In this document: piece after piece, positions 17,458 through 25,181 of the stretch
How positions within the stretch are numbered: position 1 is the first letter of the stretch
Layout: each line of letters begins with the position of its first letter
Assembly (NCBI RefSeq): GCF_000012905.2
Contig: NC_007493.2
Coordinates: forward strand, 2,250,001-2,282,000
Length of the DNA stretch: 32,000 nt
Source of the DNA: Cereibacter sphaeroides 2.4.1
GTDB taxonomy: Bacteria; Pseudomonadota; Alphaproteobacteria; Rhodobacterales; Rhodobacteraceae
Direction: 5' to 3'
The notes under the pieces: generated by a model
Database searches by the model: none
Seen by the model: the letters and a program-made list of their open reading frames with translations, nothing else
What the model was told of the DNA's origin: nothing
Position numbers and translations under genes: made by a program

Positions 17458-18623
17458 CACTTCACCTCCTCGGCCCCGAAGGGCGAGAGCGCGCGCAGCT
17501 GGTCGACGATGGGCGGCAGCACCTCGAGCAGGCGGTCGATCTCGGCCGCGGTCGTCCAGTGCGAGAGCGAGAAGCGGATCGCGCCATGCGCGGCGGTGAA
17601 GGGCACCTTCATGGCGCGGATCACATGGCTCGGCTCCATCGCGCCCGAAGCGCAGGCCGCACCCGACGAGACGCAGATCCCCGCCCGGTCGAGAAGCATC
17701 ACGATCGCCTCGCCCTCGGCGAAGTCGAAGGCCACGCAGGAGGTGTTGGGCAGCCGGTCGAGCGGATCGCCCAGAACGCGCGCCTTGGGCACACGGGCGA
17801 GGATCCCCTGCTCCAGCCGGTCGCGCAGGAGCCGCACCGCCCCATGATCGCCCCCCAGCGCCAGCTCCGCCGCGCGGCCGAGGCCCACGATGCCGGGAAT
17901 GTTCTCGGTGCCGGCGCGATGCCCGCGCTGCTGCCTGCCGCCGCGGATCAGGGGCTGGAACGGCACGCCCTTGCGCAGCCAGAGCGCCCCCACCCCCTTC
18001 GGGCCGTGGAACTTGTGCGCGCTGAGCGACAGCATGTCGATCTCGGTCCCGCGCAGCACTATGGGCACCTTGCCCACCGCCTGCACCGCGTCGGTGTGAA
18101 AGAGCGCCCCCGCCCGATGCGCAAGCTCGGCCAGCCCCTCGACGGGAAATACCGTGCCGGTCTCGTTGTTGGCCCACATGAGCGAGACCAGCGCCACCCG
18201 GGGCGAGAGGGCCGCGCGATAGGCCTCGATGTCGAGCCGGCCGTCGCCGTCCACCGGGATGCGGTGCACCGTCACCCCTTCCTGCCGCTCCAGATGGTCG
18301 CAGAGCGCGAGGACGGCCGCATGTTCGACCGTCGAGGTCACGATCTCGCGCCGCGACGGATCCGCCGCCAGCGCCGAGCGGATCGCCGTCGTGTCGGCCT
18401 CGGTGCCGCCGGAGGTGAAGAGGATCTCGCTGTCGGCCTCGGCGCCGATCAGCTCCAGCACCGCGCGCCGCGCGGCCATCAGGGCGCGGGCGGGCGCGCG
18501 CCCCTGCCCGTGCAGCGACGAGGGATTGCCGAACTCCTCGGTCAGGAAGGGCAGCATGGCCTGAAGCGCCTCGGGCGCGAGGCGGGTCGTGGCATTGTTG
18601 TCGAGATAGACCCGCTCCATCAT
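17457..18623 (-). CDS. nifS: Cysteine desulfurase NifS
   Basis: 388 aa. [25 protein letters not shown] (PLP-binding Lys), SSGAACASG (active-site Cys loop). The second ATG at 18620 is an alternative start. Confidence 0.9.
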
Positions 18624-19360
18624 CGCGCCCCCGCGATGGAGACGAGCGGCCGCTTCTCCTCGGGGATGACCCGGATCGGCCGGCCCAGCGTATCGGCCAG
18701 CCGCTTCTGCAGCCCGCCGAGCGTCAGGGCGGCGAGCTGGCAGCCGGAGCAGGCCCCGGTCAGATGGACGCGCACCTTCGAGCCCTCGACCGCGACCAGC
18801 GTCACGTCGCCCCCGTCGGCCCGCAGCCGCGGCCGCACGCTCTCGATCACCTCGGCGATCAGGCGCGCCTCCTCGGCGGGCGCGAGCGGCACATCGCGGA
18901 CGATCCGGGGCTGCGAGTCGTGCTTCGGCGCGAGCAGCCTGACCGGGGCCGCGGCCGGCGCGGGAACGGGCGCGGGCTCAGGCGCCACGAAGGTCCGGCC
19001 CTCGTAGGCCGCCAGCGCGATCTGGAGCGCCGACCAGGCCCGCGCGGCCGCCGGCCGCCGCGGTGCGGGCAACCCGCCCACGGCAGCCTCGATCTCCTCG
19101 GGCGTGACGGCGCGCGCGGCGGCGAGATCGAGGCCCGTCACCAGCACCGTCAGCGCCGAGCCGCAGGCGATGGCATGGGCCCCGCCGAAGGCCAGAAACC
19201 GCGCCTCGGCCACGCGGCCCGCCTCGATCCGCAGCATCAGCCGGATCGCGTCGCCTACCTCGAGGCTGCCCGCCGTGCCCACCGCATCGGCCGCCTCGAG
19301 CGGCCCCGCGTTCCGCGGGTTGAAGAAGAGATCCAGCGCCTTTCCGGTTTCGTCGAGCAT
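18620..19360 (-). CDS. nifU: NifU-like Fe-S assembly protein: degenerate U-type N-domain, Pro/Ala linker, intact Nfu C-domain
   Basis: 246 aa. N-terminal part aligns by eye with IscU/NifU (NPRNAG...VGDAIRLML...[14 protein letters not shown]) but most ligand Cys are absent. C-terminal Nfu block [13 protein letters not shown] is present. Confidence 0.85.
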   Translation of the reverse strand: MLDETGKALDLFFNPRNAGPLEAADAVGTAGSLEVGDAIRLMLRIEAGRVAEARFLAFGGAHAIACGSALTVLVTGLDLAAARAVTPEEIEAAVGGLPAPRRPAAARAWSALQIALAAYEGRTFVAPEPAPVPAPAAAPVRLLAPKHDSQPRIVRDVPLAPAEEARLIAEVIESVRPRLRADGGDVTLVAVEGSKVRVHLTGACSGCQLAALTLGGLQKRLADTLGRPIRVIPEEKRPLVSIAGAR

Positions 19361-19369
19361 CGCACCACC

Positions 19370-19690
19370 TCAGCAGAAGGACTTGCCGCAGCCGCAACCG
19401 CCCTTGGCGTTCGGGTTGTCGAACACGAAGCCGGTGCCTTCGAGCGAGGTCACGAAGTCGATGGTCACGCCGTTCAGATAGGTGCCGCTCTGCGGATCGA
19501 TTAGCACCCGCAGGCCCTCGGCCTCGACCACCAGATCGTCGGGGGCCTCCGTCAGCTCCAGCGACATGCCGTATTTGAGGCCGGCGCATCCGCCCGACTG
19601 AACCATCAGGCGCAGGCCTGCGACCGGCTGGCCGGCGCCCTCGATGGCTCCCTTGATGGCGGCTTGAGCGGCGGGGGTAATCTGGATCAT
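19370..19690 (-). CDS. iscA: A-type Fe-S cluster carrier (HesB/IscA family), nif-linked
   Basis: Track ORF 19370-19954 trimmed to the ATG at 19690 (AGGAGA 6 nt upstream): MIQITPAAQAAIKGAIEG...GLRLMVQSGGCAGLKYGM...FDNPNAKGGCGCGKSFC. Has the C-x(n)-C-G-C signature. Confidence 0.85.
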   Translation of the reverse strand: MIQITPAAQAAIKGAIEGAGQPVAGLRLMVQSGGCAGLKYGMSLELTEAPDDLVVEAEGLRVLIDPQSGTYLNGVTIDFVTSLEGTGFVFDNPNAKGGCGCGKSFC

Positions 19691-19730
19691 CCGAACTCTC
19701 CTGCGTGTCGCGGGCTCCCGCTGAGGGAGA

Positions 19731-19746
19731 AGCACGGCGCGTGCCA
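19731..19746 (-). promoter_or_regulatory. Sigma-54 (-24/-12) promoter of iscA-nifUSVW(-rpoN)
   Basis: Minus strand reads TGGCACGCGCCGTGCT, with GG and GC at the canonical spacing. 40 nt upstream of the iscA ATG. Confidence 0.7.
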
Positions 19747-19819
19747 AGTTCCGGCAGCAAGGCACTGCAGGGAGTTGCGGAGGACCCTGCTTGCCGGCCC
19801 GTCGGAGGGAATCCGACAA

Positions 19820-19835
19820 TGACGGGTTCGCGACA
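19820..19835. promoter_or_regulatory. NifA enhancer-like site, one mismatch (minus strand TGTCG-cgaacc-CGTCA)
   Basis: TGT-N10-TCA versus the consensus TGT-N10-ACA. Centre is roughly 108 nt upstream of the inferred start site, the same geometry as at nifH and nifE. Confidence 0.45.
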
Positions 19836-20178
19836 GAGGGCGCGGGAGGGAGGCAGCAGACGGACAGGATCGATGGCTCGCCCGTCCTCGCGCTCGCACG
19901 GACCCGGCAGAGACGGTCAGACCGGCACTGGCCGGAAGCACCGGAGCTTTCCACGGGCGCGCGGACCTCGGCCTTGCGCGCTTTGGTCTCGCTCGATCCT
20001 GACGGGGATCGTCATCGGATCGCCGGCGGCGCCCTTGAAGCGGGCCGCGGTCTCGGTTGGCGTGCTCTGCCGGATGCCTCCGGCAGGCCAAGCTTCCGCG
20101 GACGACGCCTGCCGGGAGCGCGGGCCTTCGGACGGGAGCGCCCCATCCACGCGGGACGGTCGCGTCGGGACGCGCTTG

Positions 20179-20194
20179 CGCAGGCAGCGTGCCA
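20179..20194 (-). promoter_or_regulatory. Orphan sigma-54 promoter-like motif with no ORF behind it
   Basis: Minus strand reads TGGCACGCTGCCTGCG, i.e. the same TGGCACG-N4-CTGC pattern as the nifH and nifE promoters. Lies just downstream of the post-nifQ hairpin, 489 nt upstream of the iscA ATG. Confidence 0.45.
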
Positions 20195-20208
20195 CGGGGC
20201 AGACCCGC

Positions 20209-20238
20209 AGACCGATCCATCTGCGCGCGGATCGGTCT
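20209..20238 (-). terminator. Perfect 10-bp-stem hairpin after nifQ
   Basis: AGACCGATCC (20209-20218) / GGATCGGTCT (20229-20238) with a 10-nt loop. Starts 16 nt past the nifQ stop. No U-tract. Confidence 0.4.
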
Positions 20239-20253
20239 CGGCAGGCCGGGCCG

Positions 20254-20793
20254 TCAGTCGGCGTCGGGTCCGAAGCAGAGCGGCTGCTCGGCGCAGGCCT
20301 CGCAGTTGGGCGCAAGGCACATCGTGCCGCCATGGTCGGTGCAGATCTGGCGGTAGAAGAAGCGCTTCCAGCGCATGTTTCGGGTATTGGCGGCATGGAG
20401 GCGGGGGAAATGGCGCTCGATTAACCGGCCCAGATGGGCGCGCGAGGGCAGGCCCAGATCCTCCCACAGATGGCTGGCCTCGAGCGCGCGGCGGGCGAGG
20501 ATGGCGGCAAGCCAGCGCGCCTCGTCGCTGGTCCGCCCGCCCCGCCAGAGGAGAAGCGTCGCCAGATCGGACTGTTCGATGGGCAGCGGCCCGGGCGGGG
20601 CCAAGGCGGGAAGCGTGAGGCCCGGGCACCAGCGCGCGACCAGCGCCTCGAGCGCCGCGGGCTCGAGCCCCAGAAGGTCGCACAGCTCCCCCCGCCCCGC
20701 CGCCTGCTCGCGCAGCGCATGGGCGAGGATCGCCGCCATGTCGGCCCGGTCGGCCGCCGCACCGGTGAAGAGGTCAGCGCTCCACTGGTTCAT
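20254..20793 (-). CDS. nifQ: NifQ (molybdenum delivery for FeMo-cofactor synthesis)
   Basis: Track ORF trimmed to the ATG at 20793 (MNQWSADLFTGAAADRADMAAILAHALRE...). Has the C-terminal Cys cluster TMCLAPNCEACAEQPLC and the LWEDLGL...RWKRFFYRQ blocks typical of NifQ. Confidence 0.85.
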   Translation of the reverse strand: MNQWSADLFTGAAADRADMAAILAHALREQAAGRGELCDLLGLEPAALEALVARWCPGLTLPALAPPGPLPIEQSDLATLLLWRGGRTSDEARWLAAILARRALEASHLWEDLGLPSRAHLGRLIERHFPRLHAANTRNMRWKRFFYRQICTDHGGTMCLAPNCEACAEQPLCFGPDAD

Positions 20794-21076
20794 GGGTCTG
20801 GCAATCCTTGGGACAGACGCGGTTGCAGGCGCCGCAGCCGATGCAGAGCTCCGGATGGGCCATGACCATGACCTTGCGGAGGATCTCGTCGTCATCGTCC
20901 TCATCGTCCGAACAGTCGACAAGCTCGCCCTCTTCGGTGACGCCGCGCAGCGTCATCACGTCCTGGCCGCAGACCTTGTAGCAGCGGCCGCAGCCGATGC
21001 AGGTCTTCATATCGATCGAGATGAGGAACTTCGGGGTGTATTCGGTGCCGCCCCGGGTGAATGCGGTGATGAACAA
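20774..21076 (-). CDS. fdxB: nif-specific ferredoxin III (2x[4Fe-4S], acidic insert)
   Basis: Start assigned to the TTG at 21076 (AGGAGA 5 nt upstream). No ATG or GTG would retain the conserved N-terminus (L/M)FITAFTRGGTEYTPKFLISID. CIGCGRCYKVC and CIGCGACNRVCP clusters are separated by the DCSDDEDDDDE insert. Overlaps nifQ by 20 nt. Confidence 0.75.
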   Translation of the reverse strand: MFITAFTRGGTEYTPKFLISIDMKTCIGCGRCYKVCGQDVMTLRGVTEEGELVDCSDDEDDDDEILRKVMVMAHPELCIGCGACNRVCPKDCQTHEPVER

Positions 21077-21189
21077 GTCTGTCTCCTGTCTGGGCGCGCG
21101 GGCGCCGGGATGGGGTGCCGCAGCGAGGGCGGCGGACCGTGCGGGACCCCCGCGGCGGGGCGGGGAAGGACGGCAAGCGGCGGCCGGGG

Positions 21190-21660
21190 TCAGTCGCGCG
21201 CGGCCTCGGGATGGGCCTCGATCTTGCGCACCGCGGCCGAGGCGAGTTTCTCGCCGGCCTCGGCCAGCTTCTCGTAGCTGGCAAAGCCGAAGCGGTGGAC
21301 GTCGCGCATGTGCTTGGAGACCAGCACGAGGCTGCCCCCGATCAGCACCACCCGGCCGAAGCCCTCGTGGTGGAACTTCGCCATGTGCCCTGCCATGACG
21401 CCCGTGCGCTTTTCCACGAGGAGCCCCACGGCATCGTAGAACTTCTCGATCCGGGCGATGGTCTCGGGCTCGGGATCGCTGATGATCGGCATCTCGCGCC
21501 GCTCCTCGGGGGTGAGGATATAGTCGGCCAGAAGCTCGGCGTCGCTCTTGCCGTCCCAATGGCCGTAGCTGTCCTGCGCCCGGACGATGGCGGCCAGCTG
21601 GTCGAGATAGTCGCTCGCCGGATAGAGGCCGCCGCGCGGCAGGGTCTCGGTCTCGCTCAT
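21190..21660 (-). CDS. NifX-associated nitrogen fixation protein (DUF269 family)
   Basis: 156 aa. Position directly after nifX (ATGA overlap). Sequence ...LAAIVRAQDSYGHWDGKSDAELL...HHEGFGRVVLIGG... matches my memory of DUF269 proteins. Confidence 0.8.
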   Translation of the reverse strand: MSETETLPRGGLYPASDYLDQLAAIVRAQDSYGHWDGKSDAELLADYILTPEERREMPIISDPEPETIARIEKFYDAVGLLVEKRTGVMAGHMAKFHHEGFGRVVLIGGSLVLVSKHMRDVHRFGFASYEKLAEAGEKLASAAVRKIEAHPEAARD

Positions 21661-22091
21661 CGCGTCTCCTCCTCGAGAAAGCTGGGGGCAGGACGGCCGA
21701 GCACCTTGCGCAGGAAGGGCGGCACGTTGCCGTTCAGCATGTCCTGCACCTGAGCGACGATGGCCGAGATCGGCTCGGGCTCCTTGCGCTTGATCGGATG
21801 GACGCCCGCGCGCACCACGCGGGCCGCGGCGGGACCGCCGATGGCCAGCACGAACAGGAGCGCGCAGCCCGTCAGCGCCTCGACCTTGGGGGTGATGCGG
21901 TCGGCGCTGTCGTCGTGCTTGCCGCCCTGATCGGTGGTCTCGTCGAAGCCTACGGCCTCCACGAAGCGCGCGGATTTCGCCGAGACGTCCCAGAGCGCGA
22001 AACTCCGGCAGGAGCCGAAATGGGCGTTGAGGGTTTCGAGGTCGTTGGTCGCGATGGCGATCCTGAGGGGCACGTCGGCCGGGTCGGTCAT
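21657..22091 (-). CDS. nifX: NifX (FeMo-cofactor precursor carrier, dinitrogenase Fe-Mo cofactor family)
   Basis: Track ORF trimmed to the ATG at 22091 (GGAG upstream): MTDPADVPLRIAIATNDLETLNAHFGSCRSFALWDV...LFVLAIGGPAAARVVRAGVHPIK. Confidence 0.85.
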   Translation of the reverse strand: MTDPADVPLRIAIATNDLETLNAHFGSCRSFALWDVSAKSARFVEAVGFDETTDQGGKHDDSADRITPKVEALTGCALLFVLAIGGPAAARVVRAGVHPIKRKEPEPISAIVAQVQDMLNGNVPPFLRKVLGRPAPSFLEEETR

Positions 22092-22104
22092 GGGGGGCTC
22101 CGGG

Positions 22105-23472
22105 TCAATGAGTCTGAGGCGGCGGGGGGGCATGGTCGAACTCCGGGGAGAGACGGGCGGCGCCGAAATCCTCCGGACGCGGCCGGTGCGGGTGCGCAAG
22201 CACGGCATTGGCGATCTCGAAAAGGAAGGCGCGCGTGCCGCGGTATCCGGTGCGGCACGCATCCATCGTGCCCAGCCGGTCGAAGATCGGAAAACCCGCC
22301 CGGACATGGGGCAGATGCAGCCGCTCGGCCATCATCCGGCCGTGGGCGTGGGTCAGCAGAAGCTGCGCGCCGGAGGCTTCGGCCAGCCGCTCGAGATCGC
22401 CGAGATCGCCGATCAGCACCTCCTCGACCGGCAGGCGTTCCACGGCGGGGCTCGCCGTGCTGGCGACGACCGTCAGCTCGGCGCCCATGGCGGCCAGCGT
22501 GCTCCCGAGCGCGAGGCCGAGGTCCGGGTCGAGACCCATGGCAACCTTCAGGCCGCCGATGTGGAAATGCGCATCGAGCATCGCGTCCGCCAGCCGCGCC
22601 CGGTCGCGCCGGACGCCTGCGGGCACCTCCGCCCCAGAAAGCCGCATGAGGGTCGCAACGAAGGCATCCACCGCCTTGAGCCCCGTCACCGAGGGAAAGA
22701 CATGCGCGGGCACGCCCAGAGCGGCCAGCTTCTCGGCCGCCGGGCGCATCGCCTCGCCCAGCGCCAGCGTCGCGATGGAGCCGCCCATCGTCGCAATGTC
22801 GGCCAGCCGCGTGCCGCCCAGCGAATGGCCGCGCCAGTCCTCGGCCAGATGGCCGTCGAGCGAGAGCGAGAGATCGGGCAGGATCAGCGGATGGAGGCCG
22901 AAGGCACGGATCAGGCCCGCGATCTCCTCGATGTCGGCGGCGGTCATGTTGGCGCCGGGCAGGAGGTTCACCTGCCGGAGCCGCCGCGGCCCCTCGGTCA
23001 CCAGCGCCTCGATGATGGCTTCGACCGCGCGGGCCCAGCCCTCTTCGAGCCCGCCCGCGAAATCCGGTGTGGCCGCATAGACCACCGCCGTATCCGCAAA
23101 GTCGCGGCGCCGGGCCAGCATCTCGCGCAGTTCGCCTGCGATATCCTCGCCGCGCGTCTCGACGAGCGCGGTCGAGGCGATGCCGATGAACTTCGGGGAG
23201 GCACGCTTCCGCAGATTCTCGATCGCCTCTTCGATCTGTTCGCCGCCGCCGAGGATCGCCGAGACCTCGTTCATCGCCGTGGTCTGAAGCGGGATCGCCT
23301 CCTTGAAGTGGCGCACCATATGGACCATCGCGAAGGCGGTGCAGCCCTGCGCGCCGTGAAAGAGCGGGATCGCGCCCTCGATGCCGAGATAGGCCATGGC
23401 GGCGCCGAGCGGGGCCGAGACCTTCAGCGGATTGGTCGAGAGCGCGCGGTCGGGGTGGATGAGGCGGGCCAT
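22105..23472 (-). CDS. nifN: NifN (NifEN scaffold, beta-like subunit)
   Basis: Track ORF 22105-25824 trimmed to the ATG at 23472 (1-nt overlap with the nifE stop): MARLIHPDRALSTNPLKVSAPLGAAMAYLGIEGAIPLFHGAQGCTAF... Confidence 0.9.
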   Translation of the reverse strand: MARLIHPDRALSTNPLKVSAPLGAAMAYLGIEGAIPLFHGAQGCTAFAMVHMVRHFKEAIPLQTTAMNEVSAILGGGEQIEEAIENLRKRASPKFIGIASTALVETRGEDIAGELREMLARRRDFADTAVVYAATPDFAGGLEEGWARAVEAIIEALVTEGPRRLRQVNLLPGANMTAADIEEIAGLIRAFGLHPLILPDLSLSLDGHLAEDWRGHSLGGTRLADIATMGGSIATLALGEAMRPAAEKLAALGVPAHVFPSVTGLKAVDAFVATLMRLSGAEVPAGVRRDRARLADAMLDAHFHIGGLKVAMGLDPDLGLALGSTLAAMGAELTVVASTASPAVERLPVEEVLIGDLGDLERLAEASGAQLLLTHAHGRMMAERLHLPHVRAGFPIFDRLGTMDACRTGYRGTRAFLFEIANAVLAHPHRPRPEDFGAARLSPEFDHAPPPPQTH

Positions 23473-24935
23473 CAGCAATCCTCGAAATCGGCTTTCGAGC
23501 CGGGAACGGCCGCGAGGCTGAAGGGCGTCACGGCGGCTTCTTCGGCCGGCACGTCCCAAGGCGCGGGGTCGCGCAGCTCGGCCCACATCGGGTTGTTGAT
23601 CGACCGGTCGATGGCGCGCACGAGATCGACCATGCCCATGTAGCCTGCGTAGGGCTCGTGCTTTTCCTGATTCACGTCGATCCAGGGCACGCGGGCCTTC
23701 AGCGCCACGAACTGCGACCGCCCCCCCGACATAAGCACATCGGCCCGCGCGTCCCGCAGCATCCGATACATCTCCTTCGGCGCCATGTTCTCGTACATGT
23801 GGGCCTCGGTGCCCATGATCTCGGTGACGCGCGCGCGGTCGCCGGGCGTGGCCTTGCGCATCGAGGTGCCGACCACCTCCATGCCGAGTTCCTGCAGCGC
23901 CGAGACCACCGACCAGGTCTTGTGCCCGCCGGTGTAAAGGAGCACGCGCCGGCCGGCGACGGCGGGGCGGAGCGGTTCCAGCGCGGCCCAGGTGCGGGCC
24001 TCCTCCTCGGCGATCAGCGCCTCGCAGCGGGTCACGAGGTCCGCGGGCGCGCCGCGCTCGACCAGCATCCGGCACAGGGTCCGCAGCGCGTCGGACGTGT
24101 CGGAGATGCCGTAGAAGCTGCCCTCGAACCACGGGATGCCGTAGCGGTCCTCGAGCTTGCGGGCGATGCCCAGGAAGGCGTGCGAGCAGACGAGCATCGT
24201 CACCCGCGCCCGGTGCATCATGGCCACCTGCGCATAGCGCGCATCCCCCGAGACCGAGCCGAGGATGCGGATGCCGAGGCGGTCGAGCAGCGGCTTCACC
24301 TGCCAGAGTTCGCCCGACAGGTTGAAGTCGCCGAGGATGTTGATGTCGCAATCGGTCGCCGTCGCGGGCTCCATCGTCCCCACGACATGTTCGACCAGCG
24401 CGTCCACCCCCAGCTTGTTGCCGAGGTTCTTCGAGCCCACATAGCCCGGCACGTTGATCGGGATCACCGGGCGGCCGAACCGTTCGGCGGCGGCCTTGCA
24501 GACGGCGCCGATGTCGTCGCCGATGAGCGCCGTCACGCAGGTGGCATAGACGAAGACTGCGGCCGGGTTCTCCTGCGCGATCACTTCGCGGATGGCACGG
24601 AAGAGCCTGGCCTCGCCGCGGCCCATCACGATGTCGAGCTCGGAGAGGTCGGTGGTGAAGCCGCGACGGTAGAGGTCGGAGCCCGACGAGGCCGAGCCGC
24701 GGTTGTCCCAGCCGTTGCCCCAGCAGGCGAGCGGGGCATGGACGAGATGGGCCACGTCGGTGATGGGCTGCAGCGCGATCATCGCCCCGTCGAAGGCGCA
24801 GCCCCCGGCCGCCGCGCCGGGCGTCAGCTGTTTCGCGCAGCCCTTCCGGCGCTCGCCCTCGGACTTGGCGGTGTTCGTGGCGCAGCCCGGCTCGTGAAAG
24901 GCGTCCTGGATCTTCTGCTTCAAGGCTTCCGACAT
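23472..24935 (-). CDS. nifE: NifE (NifEN scaffold, alpha-like subunit)
   Basis: Trimmed to the ATG at 24935 (AAGGAG upstream): MSEALKQKIQDAFHEPGCATNTAKS...GGCAFDGAMIALQPITDVAHLVHAPLACWGN... Confidence 0.92.
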   Translation of the reverse strand: MSEALKQKIQDAFHEPGCATNTAKSEGERRKGCAKQLTPGAAAGGCAFDGAMIALQPITDVAHLVHAPLACWGNGWDNRGSASSGSDLYRRGFTTDLSELDIVMGRGEARLFRAIREVIAQENPAAVFVYATCVTALIGDDIGAVCKAAAERFGRPVIPINVPGYVGSKNLGNKLGVDALVEHVVGTMEPATATDCDINILGDFNLSGELWQVKPLLDRLGIRILGSVSGDARYAQVAMMHRARVTMLVCSHAFLGIARKLEDRYGIPWFEGSFYGISDTSDALRTLCRMLVERGAPADLVTRCEALIAEEEARTWAALEPLRPAVAGRRVLLYTGGHKTWSVVSALQELGMEVVGTSMRKATPGDRARVTEIMGTEAHMYENMAPKEMYRMLRDARADVLMSGGRSQFVALKARVPWIDVNQEKHEPYAGYMGMVDLVRAIDRSINNPMWAELRDPAPWDVPAEEAAVTPFSLAAVPGSKADFEDC

Positions 24936-24963
24936 CTGCCGCTCCTTCGGTTGCCGGGAGAGA

Positions 24964-24979
24964 AGCAGCCGGCGTGCCA
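24964..24979 (-). promoter_or_regulatory. Sigma-54 promoter of nifENX-DUF269-fdxB-nifQ
   Basis: Minus strand reads TGGCACGCCGGCTGCT. 28 nt upstream of the nifE ATG. Confidence 0.7.
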
Positions 24980-25061
24980 AGCGGGCGGACCTGTGTAACT
25001 GCCTGTCGGGACGCGCGAAAGCCGGGCCGCGTCTCCTTTCCGCCGCTGGCCTCGCGGGCAT

Positions 25062-25077
25062 TGTCGCATCTGCGACA
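25062..25077. promoter_or_regulatory. NifA upstream activator sequence, perfect palindrome TGTCG-CATCTG-CGACA
   Basis: Exact TGT-N10-ACA. Centre is roughly 117 nt upstream of the inferred nifE start site. Confidence 0.7.
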
Positions 25078-25110
25078 GGGCGCTGCGGCTCTCATGGGAC
25101 GCGCCATGCA

Positions 25111-25139
25111 GAAACGGCCGGTGCGGGGCACCGGCCGTT
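25111..25139 (-). terminator. Rho-independent-type terminator of nifHDK
   Basis: Arms AACGGCCGGTGC / GCACCGGCCGTT (25113-25139, 12-bp stem, 3-nt loop). On the minus strand the hairpin is followed by TTTC. 43 nt after the nifK stop. Confidence 0.7.
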
Positions 25140-25181
25140 CTGCGCCTGGCTGGCGGGCGCCCGGGGGCGCGCCGCTCGGGC

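Noticed and set aside
19691-19954. In-frame Cys-containing N-terminal extension of iscA (MESSGASGQCRSDRLCRV...).
   Set aside because: The extension contains the sigma-54 promoter and the enhancer-like site. Its codon bias is weaker than in the real genes. A strong AGGAGA-N6-ATG marks the conserved HesB/IscA N-terminus at 19690.
20012-20146. 44-codon ORF ([44 protein letters not shown]) downstream of the orphan sigma-54 motif.
   Set aside because: It is extremely Arg/Pro-rich, with no SD, many rare codons and no third-position bias. It looks like chance GC-driven openness rather than a small protein.
21105-21120. CGGCAC-N5-CCCG in the DUF269-fdxB spacer, considered as an internal sigma-54 promoter.
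   Set aside because: It lacks the T of TGG and has no GC at -12. It does not fit the TGGCACG-N4-(C/G)TGC pattern of the other four sites.
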